Shown piece after piece: positions 1 to 10,518 of a stretch of DNA of 64,000 bases. The position numbers and the translations under genes were made by a program. Source of the DNA: Vezdaea acicularis (Eukaryota); the NCBI GenBank assembly GCA_026025075.1, contig JAPEUI010000040.1, forward strand, positions 1-64,000. Direction: 5' to 3'. Position 1 is the first letter of the stretch; each line of letters begins with the position of its first letter. Under the pieces are notes generated by a model. That model had not been told where the DNA came from, searched no databases, and worked only from the letters and a program-made list of their open reading frames with translations.

Positions 1-932
1 TCTGCGTCACTTTGTATCATCGCCGTCGCGTTTCCCTCATCACCGGTTAGAATTAGAGACAGCTCCTATAGCTGCGAGCGCAAGCTTGTAATAGTCCATC
101 CACGTTTTATTTCCTGCCACTACTATTGCTACTGTCTTACTGCTTGCGTTCGTCGTGAGCCTCGTTTTCTCGAACGTCTCATCACCATCAGCCCTTTCTG
201 CGTCATCGCCTGCGATCGATCGATGAGCGATCACCGAACGATCAACAGGGGCTATTTCCCACTCCTTCCCTGCACTCGCCGGCCCGCCAGCCCTCATCCC
301 CGACGAACGCTGCCGCTGCCGCCGCGGCCGCCGGCTTCTGCTCGGGAGGAGCCGCCCGCGACTCCCTTCCGCATCCGCCGCGGCCGCTGCGGATGATGAT
401 GCCACCCCCCCCCCAAGCCACCGGCTTTTGCTTACGCGGACTCCCCGCTGCGCCGAGCCTCTACCGGCCTGATACGAGCACGCTGTGTGATGTCGAATTC
501 TCCTCCAAATTTGGGGTCGGCTGGGTGGAAGAAGAGGGGCTGTGTATGGTATGGCTGGTTTGGGGAGGGACCCGGGAGATTTGGGCCGCCAACAGCGCTA
601 AATGAGGGAACGCCGAACCCACCAACGCGCCAAGCGGTCTTGGGCGCAAGCCGCGATTCGCTCATCACCCCACCATCACCACCCACCACCACCACGACCA
701 CGAACCCTTCCAGCTCGCATCTGAGACCCGGCTGCAATAATCGCTCCACCATTTCCTCCACATCGGTTGTTCGAATCCCAACTGCCGGCTGTTGCAAGGT
801 AAGGCTGCTTTGGGACGATCCGTTGAGCGAGCGAGTCGGGATCGAGAGAACTTCATCTGAACCGTCTGGCTGGGTATTTTTTTCCGGCTGTTCGTCGTCG
901 TGCCCTGCCTCTCCCCTACGGACATTCACGCC

Positions 933-1076
933 GTCCACCAACTACCGAATCGCCGAGTCCCCGAGATACCGATATACCGAACCGCCGAAGCACCGACCCT
1001 CCGAAGTACCGAACCTCCCAATCTACCAGTCCACCAGTCAACGAACCAACGAACCAACCAACCACACAATCTCCCA
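933..1076 (+). repeat. Degenerate 8-nt-period tandem array (18 units; nine consecutive units NNNNCCGA at 941-1012)
   Basis: Read directly: ACTACCGA ATCGCCGA GTCCCCGA GATACCGA TATACCGA ACCGCCGA AGCACCGA CCCTCCGA AGTACCGA, continuing in register as ACCTCCCA ATCTACCA GTCCACCA GTCAACGA ACCAACGA ACCAACCA ACCACACA ATCTCCCA. Confidence 0.85.
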
Positions 1077-1096
1077 CCACCGCGCAAGAACCAACC

Positions 1097-1905
1097 ATGG
1101 CGCAAACAGCAAACTACCGCCTCATCGACATCGACCGGCTAGACCCCGAAGCCGCGTGCAACTTCGACACCTCCGCGCTCCTGCCGCCGCTCGAGCGCGT
1201 CTCCACCGCAGATGTGCAGGCCATTGCAGGACAAGTGCGGCAGCTGCTTCGGGGGGGAGATACCGAGGGCGCGTTGGTCGGGGTGTTGGGGAGTGCGCCG
1301 TATGGCGGGGATGCGCCGGCGAAGGTATGCTACTGATTGTTCTTTCGGGAGAGGGGGAAAGGGGGAAGTGAGGGGAGGTGGATTGTGAAAGCTGTGCTGT
1401 GCTAACGGATCATGGGGGGATAATTAGGACGTCCATCTTGCAACCGTCATCGAAGTTCTCCAATCCATCAAAGCCTCCGAGATGTCGCCCATGCTGAAGC
1501 GGATCTCCAGCTCAGAAGGCGGGACCGAGCTGCTGGACGTGCTGATGAAATATTTGTACGTCTGCTCTCCTTTGTCCCACCCCTATTCCCGAACCCTCCT
1601 CTCCCCCCCCTCTCCCCCCACCCTTCTTCAACCCCCGCACCAGACGCCCCCCCTCCTAACGCCACACCCCCAGATACAAAGGCATGGCCCACCCTCCCTC
1701 CAGCACCTCCAGCACCTCCTCCTCCGGCCGTCCCACCTCAACACTATCACCCCAGCCCACCGGCTTCTCGCAGATCCACACCCGCAACACCGCCGAAGGC
1801 GGTGGCCAGGCCATGAGCGTCCTCCTCAGCTGGCACGAGAAGTTGGTCGAGTTTGCGGGACTGGGCTGTGTTATTCGGGTCATGGCTGATCGGCGGACTG
1901 TTTAG
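1097..1905 (+). CDS. ARC15: Arp2/3 complex subunit 5 (p16-Arc, ARPC5); exons 1097-1324, 1428-1555, 1674-1905
   Basis: Spliced product reads NYRLIDIDRLDPE...AKDVHLATVIEVLQSIK...LLDVLMKYLYKGMA...MSVLLSWHEKLVEFAGLGCVIRVMADRRTV. Two GT-AG introns with CTAAC branch points. Confidence 0.95.
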
Positions 1906-2064
1906 CTTAAGCGGGGGGGAGGGGGAGAGAATAGGGGGTTGGGGGGGAAGGGGTACGCGGGTGGGAGTGGGAGATGAGGAGGGATTGATATTAAGCCTCA
2001 TTAAAAGCGATGAGCACAGTTCTGCACAGTTCTCTCTCGCGGTTCTTGCACTAGACGCCCACCC

Positions 2065-2104
2065 ATCCCCCCCAAACCCCACTTATCCCCCCCAAACCCC
2101 ACTT
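2065..2104. repeat. Perfect 20-nt tandem duplication (ATCCCCCCCAAACCCCACTT x2) just after the NDUFAF5 stop codon
   Basis: Two identical adjacent copies at 2065-2084 and 2085-2104. Confidence 0.9.
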
Positions 2105-2112
2105 CCCATCCC

Positions 2113-3258
2113 CTACTCCCCTCTCTCCCCCCTCCCCTCCAACACATCCTTCATACTCCTCTCCGCACTCCCCCTCTTAAGCGGCCTCCTCTGCCCCGGC
2201 CCCTCTTTCCAGCCAATCGCATGCACGATCCTGAACGTCGCGGGCAACACTTTACTTCCCCCCTCCACCCCCCCCTCAATCTCCGCGCCATCAACCCCAT
2301 ACATCTCGCGATACACGCCTTCCAAGCCCAACAAAACATCTCTACTCAACCCCCCCTGATGCTGCGCGGCAAGAACCGCGTTTCCTTCGCCCATAGCACC
2401 AAGATCGGCCATTAAGGCGTAGACAGAGGGGTAGCCGATGACGACTTCCTCGGTATCAACGGTCAACATCTGAAACCCCGCGCGAGTGAGCAAGCCGCCG
2501 ATATCACGCACGTCGGCGAAGGGGGAGACATGCAGCCCTACGCCGCCCAGCCGCTCGAGAGAGCAGAGATGTAGGGATGAGCGGAGCTCGTGCAGGGTTT
2601 CGGCGCCGGGGAGGGCGAGGAGGAGGGGGCTGTCGGGTTGCAGGCAGGTGTGGGCGGAGCGCAGGAGAGAGGGGAGGTCGTTCGTCCAGTGGAGGGACAT
2701 GCTGCTTAGGATTGCGGAGAAGGATGAGGGGGCGTAGGGAAGGGTTTCGGGGGAGGGGAGGGCGGTGAAGGTTGTTTTTAGAGGGGAGGAGGGGAGGGGG
2801 TCACGGTGCAGCAGGGTCGGTGAGGTGTCGGCGCAGGTTAGGTGCGAGATCTTTGTGGCGAGTGGGGAGGATGGGGGGGCGGAAGTGAGGTGCCGCGCGA
2901 TGTTTAAGCTGTTGGCCCCGAGGTCGAGGACGTCTGGGAAGTGTCGGTTTATGTCCTAGTTTGCGCTGCTCGTTAGCTTTCTTTCGATTTGATAGCAACA
3001 CCGGAATTTAGGGGTTGGACGTACGAGTAACCGATCACACACCCGTCTCGCGACTTCATCGCGCAGATACTCGACTTTCCGCGAGGCCTTGGCGTCGTGC
3101 GCCGCTCGCTCTTTTTGGAGGAACTTGGTGCGTTGGTTGAAGACTTGGAGGGAGGGCGGGCCCGGGGTTTGTACCGCGTAGGGCCGGCGTTGTCGTTGGG
3201 GGTGTCTGCGGCGGAGGGGTAGAGTGGGGATGAGAGGGCGAGGGGTGGGGGGTTTCAT
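2113..3258 (-). CDS. NDUFAF5: Mitochondrial complex I assembly factor 5, SAM-dependent methyltransferase-fold protein; intron 3024-2956
   Basis: Arg-rich N-terminal presequence, VFNQRTKFLQKERAA, YLRDEVARRVCDRLL|DINRHFPDVLDLGANS, SLHWTNDLP, ETLHELRSSL, HVSPFADVRDIGGLL, DLGAMGE, LPATFRIVHAIGWK. Confidence 0.92.
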
Positions 3259-3608
3259 TGTGTGGAGGATGGTGGTTAAGGTGGTGGAGACGGCTGTGCG
3301 GAGGGGAGATGGTGCAGGCTCGCAGGTGGATGTTGGCCTGGAGTCGTGACGTTAGGCGGCTGCACCCGCTGAGCCGCACCGTGCTGCTTGGTCCCTGCAG
3401 CCACGCGACAGGGGGCTTGGACTGGGGCGGGTTTCCACGACATCGCATGCGGGTTGGCGGACGGATAACCTTTTCATGCAATTTGGCTCTGACGAGCTTC
3501 AACGCACCAACGGCCTCGTAACAGTGCAATCGAAGATATGTTGCTATTATCTGCAGCTCTGCACGCTCTAGCCTGAATCATTTTCTTCGAGGCTTCGTCG
3601 AACCAACA

Positions 3609-5484
3609 ATGTCGCGCCCTTTTCCCTATACCTACATCTCATGTCCCTGCACCTCCAGCTCCACGCCCCTCCCCTCATCCCGCACCGCACTCCCTCCAGC
3701 ATCAGAGAATCCAAATGGTACACGAGAAGATGAAGGAGAGGAAGAACGCACCTTCGACCCTCGCGCCCCCCGCTCCGCATACTCTCTCTACCCACTGGAG
3801 AACCTGCTCTTCTGCGAAGACTGCTACGAGATCCGCTGCCCACGCTGCGTAATCGACGAAGTAGTCTGCTGGTTCTGCCCGAGCTGCCTCTTCGAGACTC
3901 CCAGCAGCATGGTGAAGAGCGAAGGGAACCGGTACGTGGGCCCTTCTCTATCTCCAACCCAAGCCCGCAAACGAAAGCACTACTAATACCCTCATTCCCC
4001 TCTAGGTGCATGCGCAACTGCCACAACTGCCCAATCTGCACCTCCCCCCTCCAAGTAAGCGGCATCGAATTCCCGCTCTCCCCCGACGCCAACGCCACCC
4101 CGGCCGCCGACCGCTGGGACCTCAACTGCCCGTACTGCCTGTGGACCTCGCAAGAAATCGGCATCACCTTCGAAAAGCCGAACAGCATCGGGTACCAACT
4201 GAAACGCATGCGCAACGGCGACGGCGCCGAGACGAAGCCCTGGCTCGAGATGCAGCGGGAGCGGGACAAGCGGCGGCGAGAGCGCCACGCGGGGCCACAG
4301 TCGTCAATGGACGGCAGTAGGTCGAAAGAAGGAGAGGAAGCGGCGCCACCGGAAAATAGACAGATGGAACCCGCAGAGCAGTACGCCGCATTAAGGAGCT
4401 TCTACGCGTCGCAGATGGTCGAGGCGGGCTTGGCCGGCGGGCTGGATAGTACGCCCGGCTACGGCTCTCCCGCAACCCTCAACCGCATCATGGGGCTGTA
4501 CTCCGGCATCAGCGGCTACGGCCTCAAGAAGGAACGCCCCAAGCCAGCCATCATGCGCGAAGCGCCCGACGCCGAGGAAGGGCTGCAGCTCCTGCGCAAC
4601 GACGACGCCGTGATCCAGCAGATGCGCGAAGTCGGTTTCGCAGGGAGTACGTCTCATTTCCCCTATCCTCCTCACAAAACCCCATCATGTAAGACGGCAC
4701 TGACAAACGTAATATTTCTCTAGCCACCACCCTCGCCCAACGCGCCCACCATCCCCACCCCCCCCACTTCCTCTCCTCCCTCCGCCCCCAACCCACCCTC
4801 CTCCGCTCCAAACGCTCCAAACGCTGCCGCTCCTGCCGCCACATCCTCGTCAAGCCCGAGAGCAAAGTCACCAGCGCGCGCTTCCGCATCCGCCTCGTCG
4901 CCACCGCCTACATGCCCAAAACAACCCTCTCTCCCTTTCCCTCCTCCATCCCCCCTAGTACCCTCTCCACATCCACCCCCCCAAAAAACCTCATCCCACT
5001 CCGCCCCTACCACCCCACCCAATTCCTCCTCACCCTCACAAACCCCTCCTTCAACCCCATCCACATCACACTCGGCACGCCCCCGCACATCCCGGGCCCT
5101 CACCCCTCCAAAGTAACGATCCTCTGCCCGACCTTCGACGTCGGCCAGAACAGCGACGTGTGGGACGAAGCGCTCGCCACGGGCCGGCACGAACGAGGAC
5201 TCCGCGCGGAAGCGCTGGGAGAGACGGAGAGAGTGGCCGAGGCGGGGAAGGTCTGGGCGAAGGGCAGGAATTGGACGAGTGTCGTTGTGGAGGTCGTGCC
5301 TGGGGCTGTTGCGCCTGCGGATGGGGGAGGGGAGGGGGAAGGGGAGGATGAGGATGCGGATGTGTTGGAGGTTCCGGTCTTTGTGAGGGTGGAGAGTGAG
5401 GGGGCGGAGGAGGGTGAGGAGAAGGGCGGGAAGTGCGAATTGGCGTATTGGTGTGTGCTTGGGGTGGGGAGGATCGCTGGTTGA
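3609..5484 (+). CDS. DCTN4: Dynactin p62 subunit; exons 3609-3931, 4006-4646, 4724-5484
   Basis: Cys-rich motifs LLFCEDCYEIRCPRC, FCPSCLFETPSS, RCMRNCHNCPIC, CPYCLWTS and LLRSKRSKRCRSCRHILVKPE. Canonical introns restore the frame. Confidence 0.93.
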
Positions 5485-5717
5485 GAGGGGGGCATTATGG
5501 GGTGGTTAAAAGAAGAGAGCTGGGGTTAGAGGCTTGGGGTAGAAGAGCTCTTTGTGACTTTATGGAGCAAGATACTACACAATAACTGCAATGGTCTTCC
5601 CTGCCATCTCGGGTGTGACGCTTGAATAGTCTTTCTCGCCGAGTACACTACAGAGCCAGGGCCTTTGAGCAAGGCTAAGCTTCCATGAACCACCGCCACA
5701 TTCCACCAGCCTCAGCT

Positions 5718-6558
5718 CTAATACTCCACCGGCCCTCCCTGAGGGAACTCAAACCCAACACCCCGACCTGTCAATCTTCGATACACCTCCGAGTACGTGT
5801 CAAGACGGTAGTCGACGCCACCTCTCTCCTTCTCATCGAGCACCACCTTTAGCACCTTGCTTCCATCCTCCTTAGTCCTTGTGCGCTTGCCCACAATCTC
5901 GACAGGGTAGACCAGGTCGGTCAAGATGGCGTCGTGCACGGCGGTGAGCGTTCGGGAGCGGGGTCGCTTTTGAGTCTGCGAGGTGCGGGATCGGTTGGAG
6001 CGTTTGGGGCGGGGGAGGATACGCCGAGAGGCGAGGATGAGAACGTGTCGATCAGAAAACTTCTTTTCGAGTTCACGGGTCAGGCTGGAGGGGGTGGGTA
6101 TTAGCTGTGGACTGGGCTAGGATGGGGAACGGGGGGGGGAAGTGGGTGAGAAGGTGGGAGAACGAACCGTTGCTGGACTTTGTGGAAGCCTTGAAGAAGA
6201 GGAACGGGGACAAAGATTACGATTGCCTTTTTTCCGTGGCCGACTTCGAGCTACATGTGGGCGATGTTAGCAGATGTGCCATAGGCTTGAAGTTCATTGG
6301 TGTATATGAAGAATATTGCAGATCAGATCGATTCAGAGGGCACGAGACTATATCATGACCATCCGATCCCGCCTTGGAACCTTGGAATTGAAGCCCACTT
6401 ACTTCTCGAGCGGATACGAATTGCAACGGCCGCAGAGCACTCTTCATGTCCGGGATATTAACCTCCAAATCGTAGATCGCACCGGCAATGCTAGTCTCCA
6501 GCTCCGAAGGCTTTTGCCTAGATGGGCTCGTCGGAGCGATTTTGTTGAGCGCAGCCAT
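5718..6558 (-). CDS. RPS7: 40S ribosomal protein S7 (eS7); exons 6558-6403, 6250-6168, 6084-5718, plus a probable 5'-UTR intron at about 6639-6564
   Basis: [28 protein letters not shown]...[17 protein letters not shown]...[28 protein letters not shown]. Confidence 0.98.
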
Positions 6559-6712
6559 GATTGCTGTCGATAACCACGTATCTACTGCTGTAGATGGAGG
6601 AGTGGTTGATGGCTGGGGGTGCGTGGGATCAGTTCATACCTGTAGATTCGAAATTTGGTCGAGTTGCGGTTGAGGCTCTAAGCGAGAGGCTTGGCGTGGG
6701 AACGACTGCGAG

Positions 6713-6747
6713 TAGGGCTGCGACCTTCGCTTGCCAATATTGACTCA
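6713..6747. promoter_or_regulatory. Candidate RPS7 promoter elements: TAGGGCTG (Tbf1/Homol-E-like) at 6713-6720 and TGACTCA (Gcn4/CpcA element) at 6741-6747
   Basis: Both motifs lie just upstream of the first RPS7 exon. They are short, so function is inferred only. Confidence 0.35.
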
Positions 6748-6970
6748 GGTCCGTCATCCCCTATGGTCATGGTTCGTCACATACGCTAAACAAGATCTGG
6801 TCAATTTAAGATGAATATCGGAGAATACAATCATGAGTGCTACTAGGTTTATAATTTGATTCACTTCGATGCTATAATGGTATCGCATAAACTCCTACAA
6901 AAACGCCATGCTGCGAAAACCCTGGATTGCAATGATGCCTTGTAGGGGTAAAAGACAAGGCCAGACTTCC

Positions 6971-8101
6971 TTACGAAATCTTGTTCACACGTTTCTTCGC
7001 AACCTTAAGCTTGCCACCTACCCGGTCCACATCCTCATCTACTAGTTTCAACAAGTCGTCATCGTTAGCTAATGCCGCGTTGATTTCCAATCCAATCGCT
7101 TTCTGCCGTGCAATGACCTTAGCAAGCTGATCCACGTCTTGGTCTTGCTCAGCCATCATCTGTCTCTGTAGTAGAAGAACCCCGTCATTGTCTAGCTCCC
7201 TCGTCTGCTCCGTCTCGGGCGCCGTTCTTCCAAGGACTCGACCACCTTGTCTTCCTCCAGCGCCATTAGGCGTTGCGAAGAGCACAGACCTTTCTTGGTT
7301 TGCAGCAGCGAGCCCGCCAATTGCAGCGGAACCATTACCAGCGCTCCTCGTAGTGAGAGAGTTGCTCAACGCCTCTAGACCATCTCTTTCTTTTCGTGCG
7401 CTTCCTACTAGATCCTTCCTTCTTCTCATCTCTCCATCGCCTAGCTTCTCTACCCCCCATGTGCTTCCATCTGACTCTCCCATAGCCTTTAGGCCTTGGT
7501 CGAGCGCCGTTATCATACCTCCAGCTTTCACGAGACACCTCTTGGCAGCGGCCGAGCTTTCATGCTGCCCCTGTACGCTTGTAGCTTGATCCCTTCTAGT
7601 AAGATGCAACCTTGCATCATGTAACTGTGTCCTTAGTTCTCTGTGGCAATCCAGCCATACTGTTGGATCGACAATAGGTGCTCCGCCCATTGAAGGAGAA
7701 ACCAGACTTCCATGAAGCTGACTCGCCGCACTGCTGGAGTTTGCGCTTGCCGTATTACTAGGCAAATTCAAGAACGCTCGCCAGGCGGCAGTGTTCCTCC
7801 ACCGCGTATCTCCTGACTCATTTATACTTCTCAAATAACCTTCTAGCCCTTGCCTCCGCTCTTCGGTCAGCTCTGGGCTCGATGTCGTACGTTTGAACCA
7901 AGACTTCTGCGGTAGGGTGGCTGGTGGCGGGGCGCCCACCTGAGAGGTAAGCTCGTCATGTAGGGCAGTGAAGTCAGAGTAGCGTTTTTGAATGATAAAC
8001 GAGCGAAGTGGGAGGCGTAATGAGATATTGTAGATTGTGTATGGCTTTGTTGTGGAGGAAAGAGCGGTGTTTGGGATGGCAATCTCGATTGGTGGCGCCA
8101 T
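6971..8101 (-). CDS. VAM7: PX-domain Qc-SNARE, Vam7-like, intronless, 376 aa
   Basis: N-terminal PX domain (YTIYNI...KRYSDFTALH...LPQK...EERRQGLEGYL), C-terminal SNARE motif (MAEQDQDVDQLAKVIARQKAIGLEIN), no transmembrane anchor. Confidence 0.92.
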   Translation of the reverse strand: MAPPIEIAIPNTALSSTTKPYTIYNISLRLPLRSFIIQKRYSDFTALHDELTSQVGAPPPATLPQKSWFKRTTSSPELTEERRQGLEGYLRSINESGDTRWRNTAAWRAFLNLPSNTASANSSSAASQLHGSLVSPSMGGAPIVDPTVWLDCHRELRTQLHDARLHLTRRDQATSVQGQHESSAAAKRCLVKAGGMITALDQGLKAMGESDGSTWGVEKLGDGEMRRRKDLVGSARKERDGLEALSNSLTTRSAGNGSAAIGGLAAANQERSVLFATPNGAGGRQGGRVLGRTAPETEQTRELDNDGVLLLQRQMMAEQDQDVDQLAKVIARQKAIGLEINAALANDDDLLKLVDEDVDRVGGKLKVAKKRVNKIS

Positions 8102-8690
8102 GATGGCTGCGGCTGCTTAGATGCTCGCAAACGGCTTTAATGTCGGAAGATACAAATGAGAATACAGCAGGTAGGGAGAAAAAAAGGTAGGACGGGAAGG
8201 GGTTATGTATTGGAGTTCCTTGAACTTGGTGCCTAGGGTGTGACTGACAAGGAGCTATGACGTGAAACTTGGGCTCTTTCTTTCTTGGCGATGCACGCGG
8301 GCCGCACCGCACCAGTGGATGCAGGCACACCCATGTCGGGTAAACCGTAAGGGGTATCGGGCCAAAGAAGCTATGAGTGACAATAGCATGTTTTAGTAGA
8401 AGGGATTTTGGACATGCAAGTCACTCATAAGAAATACGTCTGTTCAAGAGGGGGATTTTCAATCATCTTGGTTCCATGTTCGTTTATCATTGATACTACC
8501 CGCCCCGAATGCGTCAGATCCACCCTTGACCCTCGCACATCCCCGCTGATGCAATTCAATGATCAAAGCATGGTGGACTAGCATTTAGTTTTAGAGAATA
8601 GAGGTCCCATCTCTCAATTCCCAGGTAGAACGTTTAAGACACGAATAAAGGCCAAAGAAACGCTCAATGCATTGGAAATGATCTAACTGC

Positions 8691-9845
8691 CTAAAATGTT
8701 TCTAGATCATCTCCGCCTTCGGTTTCTGCGGGAATCTCAAACCCTTCCTATATGCGTGGTGGTGGATTAGCAAGGAGCACAATCTCAAGAGTAGCTTAAG
8801 TTGGAGAGATATACCTCTGTAGAGTAGAGGATATTCTGGATGCTCTTCACAAGCCCCTGTTCGTCCTTCTCAATTTCCGGATCAAGATCGACAGCTTGTT
8901 GAATTAGCAACTCAATATCCCGCAACTTATTGAAATAGAAATCTCGTTCCCTCTCAAGCCCTGTGACCGATTCTTTCAACTGCTGATTTTCTTGAGCTAG
9001 AGCGGATGCATTCCCCCCTCCAAGCGGAGTTCGAGTTCGAGCTGCAGCTCCCCCAGTCGATCCAGGTGCCCGTCGTGCTGTGGGACCACCACTCCCCCCA
9101 ACACGAGGGGCACTAGTCGTAGGTGGGGCGCCAGAGGCCTTCCGCCGAGCCACGGCATCGTATTCTGTACCGGGGAAATACTGATCCCAATACTTCTTGC
9201 TCCATTGTAGAAATTCGAGGTTATCCTGCATTTTACATTTGACAAGTGACTCGACTGGCACAGGCCTATCTATCTGGTGTTTTGTGAAGCAGTCTGATGC
9301 ATTGTCAGCAATCTCCGTCATAGAGTAAGAGTATAATCTCTGGAAAACGTAGGCTTGTCGCCCCGCAGAAAATGTAGGGAGTCTAACTTTGGAGGATCTT
9401 GAAGTTCTGGAGATATGCATATTCGGTGTTGACGTTGAACTTGACTCTTGACATCGGGACATCCACTAGAAAACAGTTGGTTAGTCTAGGTGCAAGGCGT
9501 GCTTGAGAGATGGGATAGAGGGAGACTTGCTGTAGATGCTGTCGAAGACTTGACATAGGGCCGCTCTGCATAAAGAATCAGCAACCGCTCCGACTGATCT
9601 CAGATCGTATGTGTTGTCTTGGGAACCATGAGGGGGAACCATCCCAGTGAGATAGGCTCATTACAATTTGGAGGGAAGAGCATACCCTGTACCACATTGT
9701 TCAACTTTGGTAATATTGAGTTGGAGTAGGTTATTGAGCCACGCCAGGAGCTCCTGCCTGTGTTACACACGATCAGTATTGAGGGCTTATTTGAGTGACA
9801 CAATATGTAGTGTCAGTCCACAAGTACAAACCTTGATTCGCCCAT
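8691..9845 (-). CDS. BIM1: Microtubule plus-end binding protein EB1 (Bim1/Mal3), multi-exon, includes a GC-AG intron at 9530-9466
   Basis: MGESR|QELLAWLNNLLQLNITKVEQCGTG|AALCQVFDSIYM|DVPMSRVKF, CKMQDNLEFLQW, GLERERDFYFNKLRDIE, C-terminal EGFEIP...DDLETF. Confidence 0.96.
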
Positions 9846-10518
9846 TTTTGGGTGGTGAGGATATTCGGTGCGCGCAAGTGGATTTGTTTGCTATGGCTGC
9901 CGGGATCGAGAAAGGTTGCCGCCTTGGGGGGGAGGGCGGTGGATGATGAGCTAACACTCGTCCCTGAACTTCAAGGCAAAAAAAATCTAAGGAGACAATG
10001 ATTCACTGTGAGGTCGGAAAACGCAAATTTATGAGGAAGCAATTCTGGTCTACAAATGTTGACCTGTTTATGGCGACGGGAGGTCGACGTGGTGATGAAG
10101 GACACGCCAAGGTATCCCACCATTTCATGATTCGCGAAATATCGTTGTATACACGCGATCTATTGGCTGACAAGACTATTGACGCTAAAGATCATGTTGC
10201 CATCCTTAATACTTTCCAGGAATTCACTTCAACGAAACCTCTACCATCATAAAGAGGGGTTGAGTTCCTAGTAACTCAATTACATAGAACTCTCAGTACT
10301 TTCAGTCGTCCAAATAGTCATCTGACTATTCTACATACTTTAGGTAGTCTATGGCTGCAAGGACCCAACAGCCTAAGCTACAGAAGTATGACTTAATTAA
10401 AATTAGATTCCTATTCTGCCAGAACCAACCCAAAGTAAGGGAAATGCCGTAGACGCTTCGAGATACCACCAAAATGAACGCTTTTCTCCTATCCCAAACC
10501 CCTATACATGCATGAAAT

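Noticed and set aside
764..784. GTTCGAATCC B-box/T-loop-like sequence
   Set aside because: The T-stem pairs poorly and no acceptor, D or anticodon arms can be built, so it is not called a tRNA.
40..941. Minus-strand ORFs of 121 and 169 aa and the + strand 294-aa ORF at the window start
   Set aside because: No recognisable domain and low-complexity GC-rich composition. More likely promoter or UTR sequence; cannot be resolved without the upstream flank.
941..1012. CRISPR-like reading of the constant/variable array
   Set aside because: The repeat and spacer are only 4 nt each, the context is eukaryotic and there are no cas genes.
6251..6402. Possible box C/D snoRNA in the 152-nt RPS7 intron
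   Set aside because: Only an imperfect C box (ATGATAT) with CTGA motifs too close to it, and no clear terminal stem.
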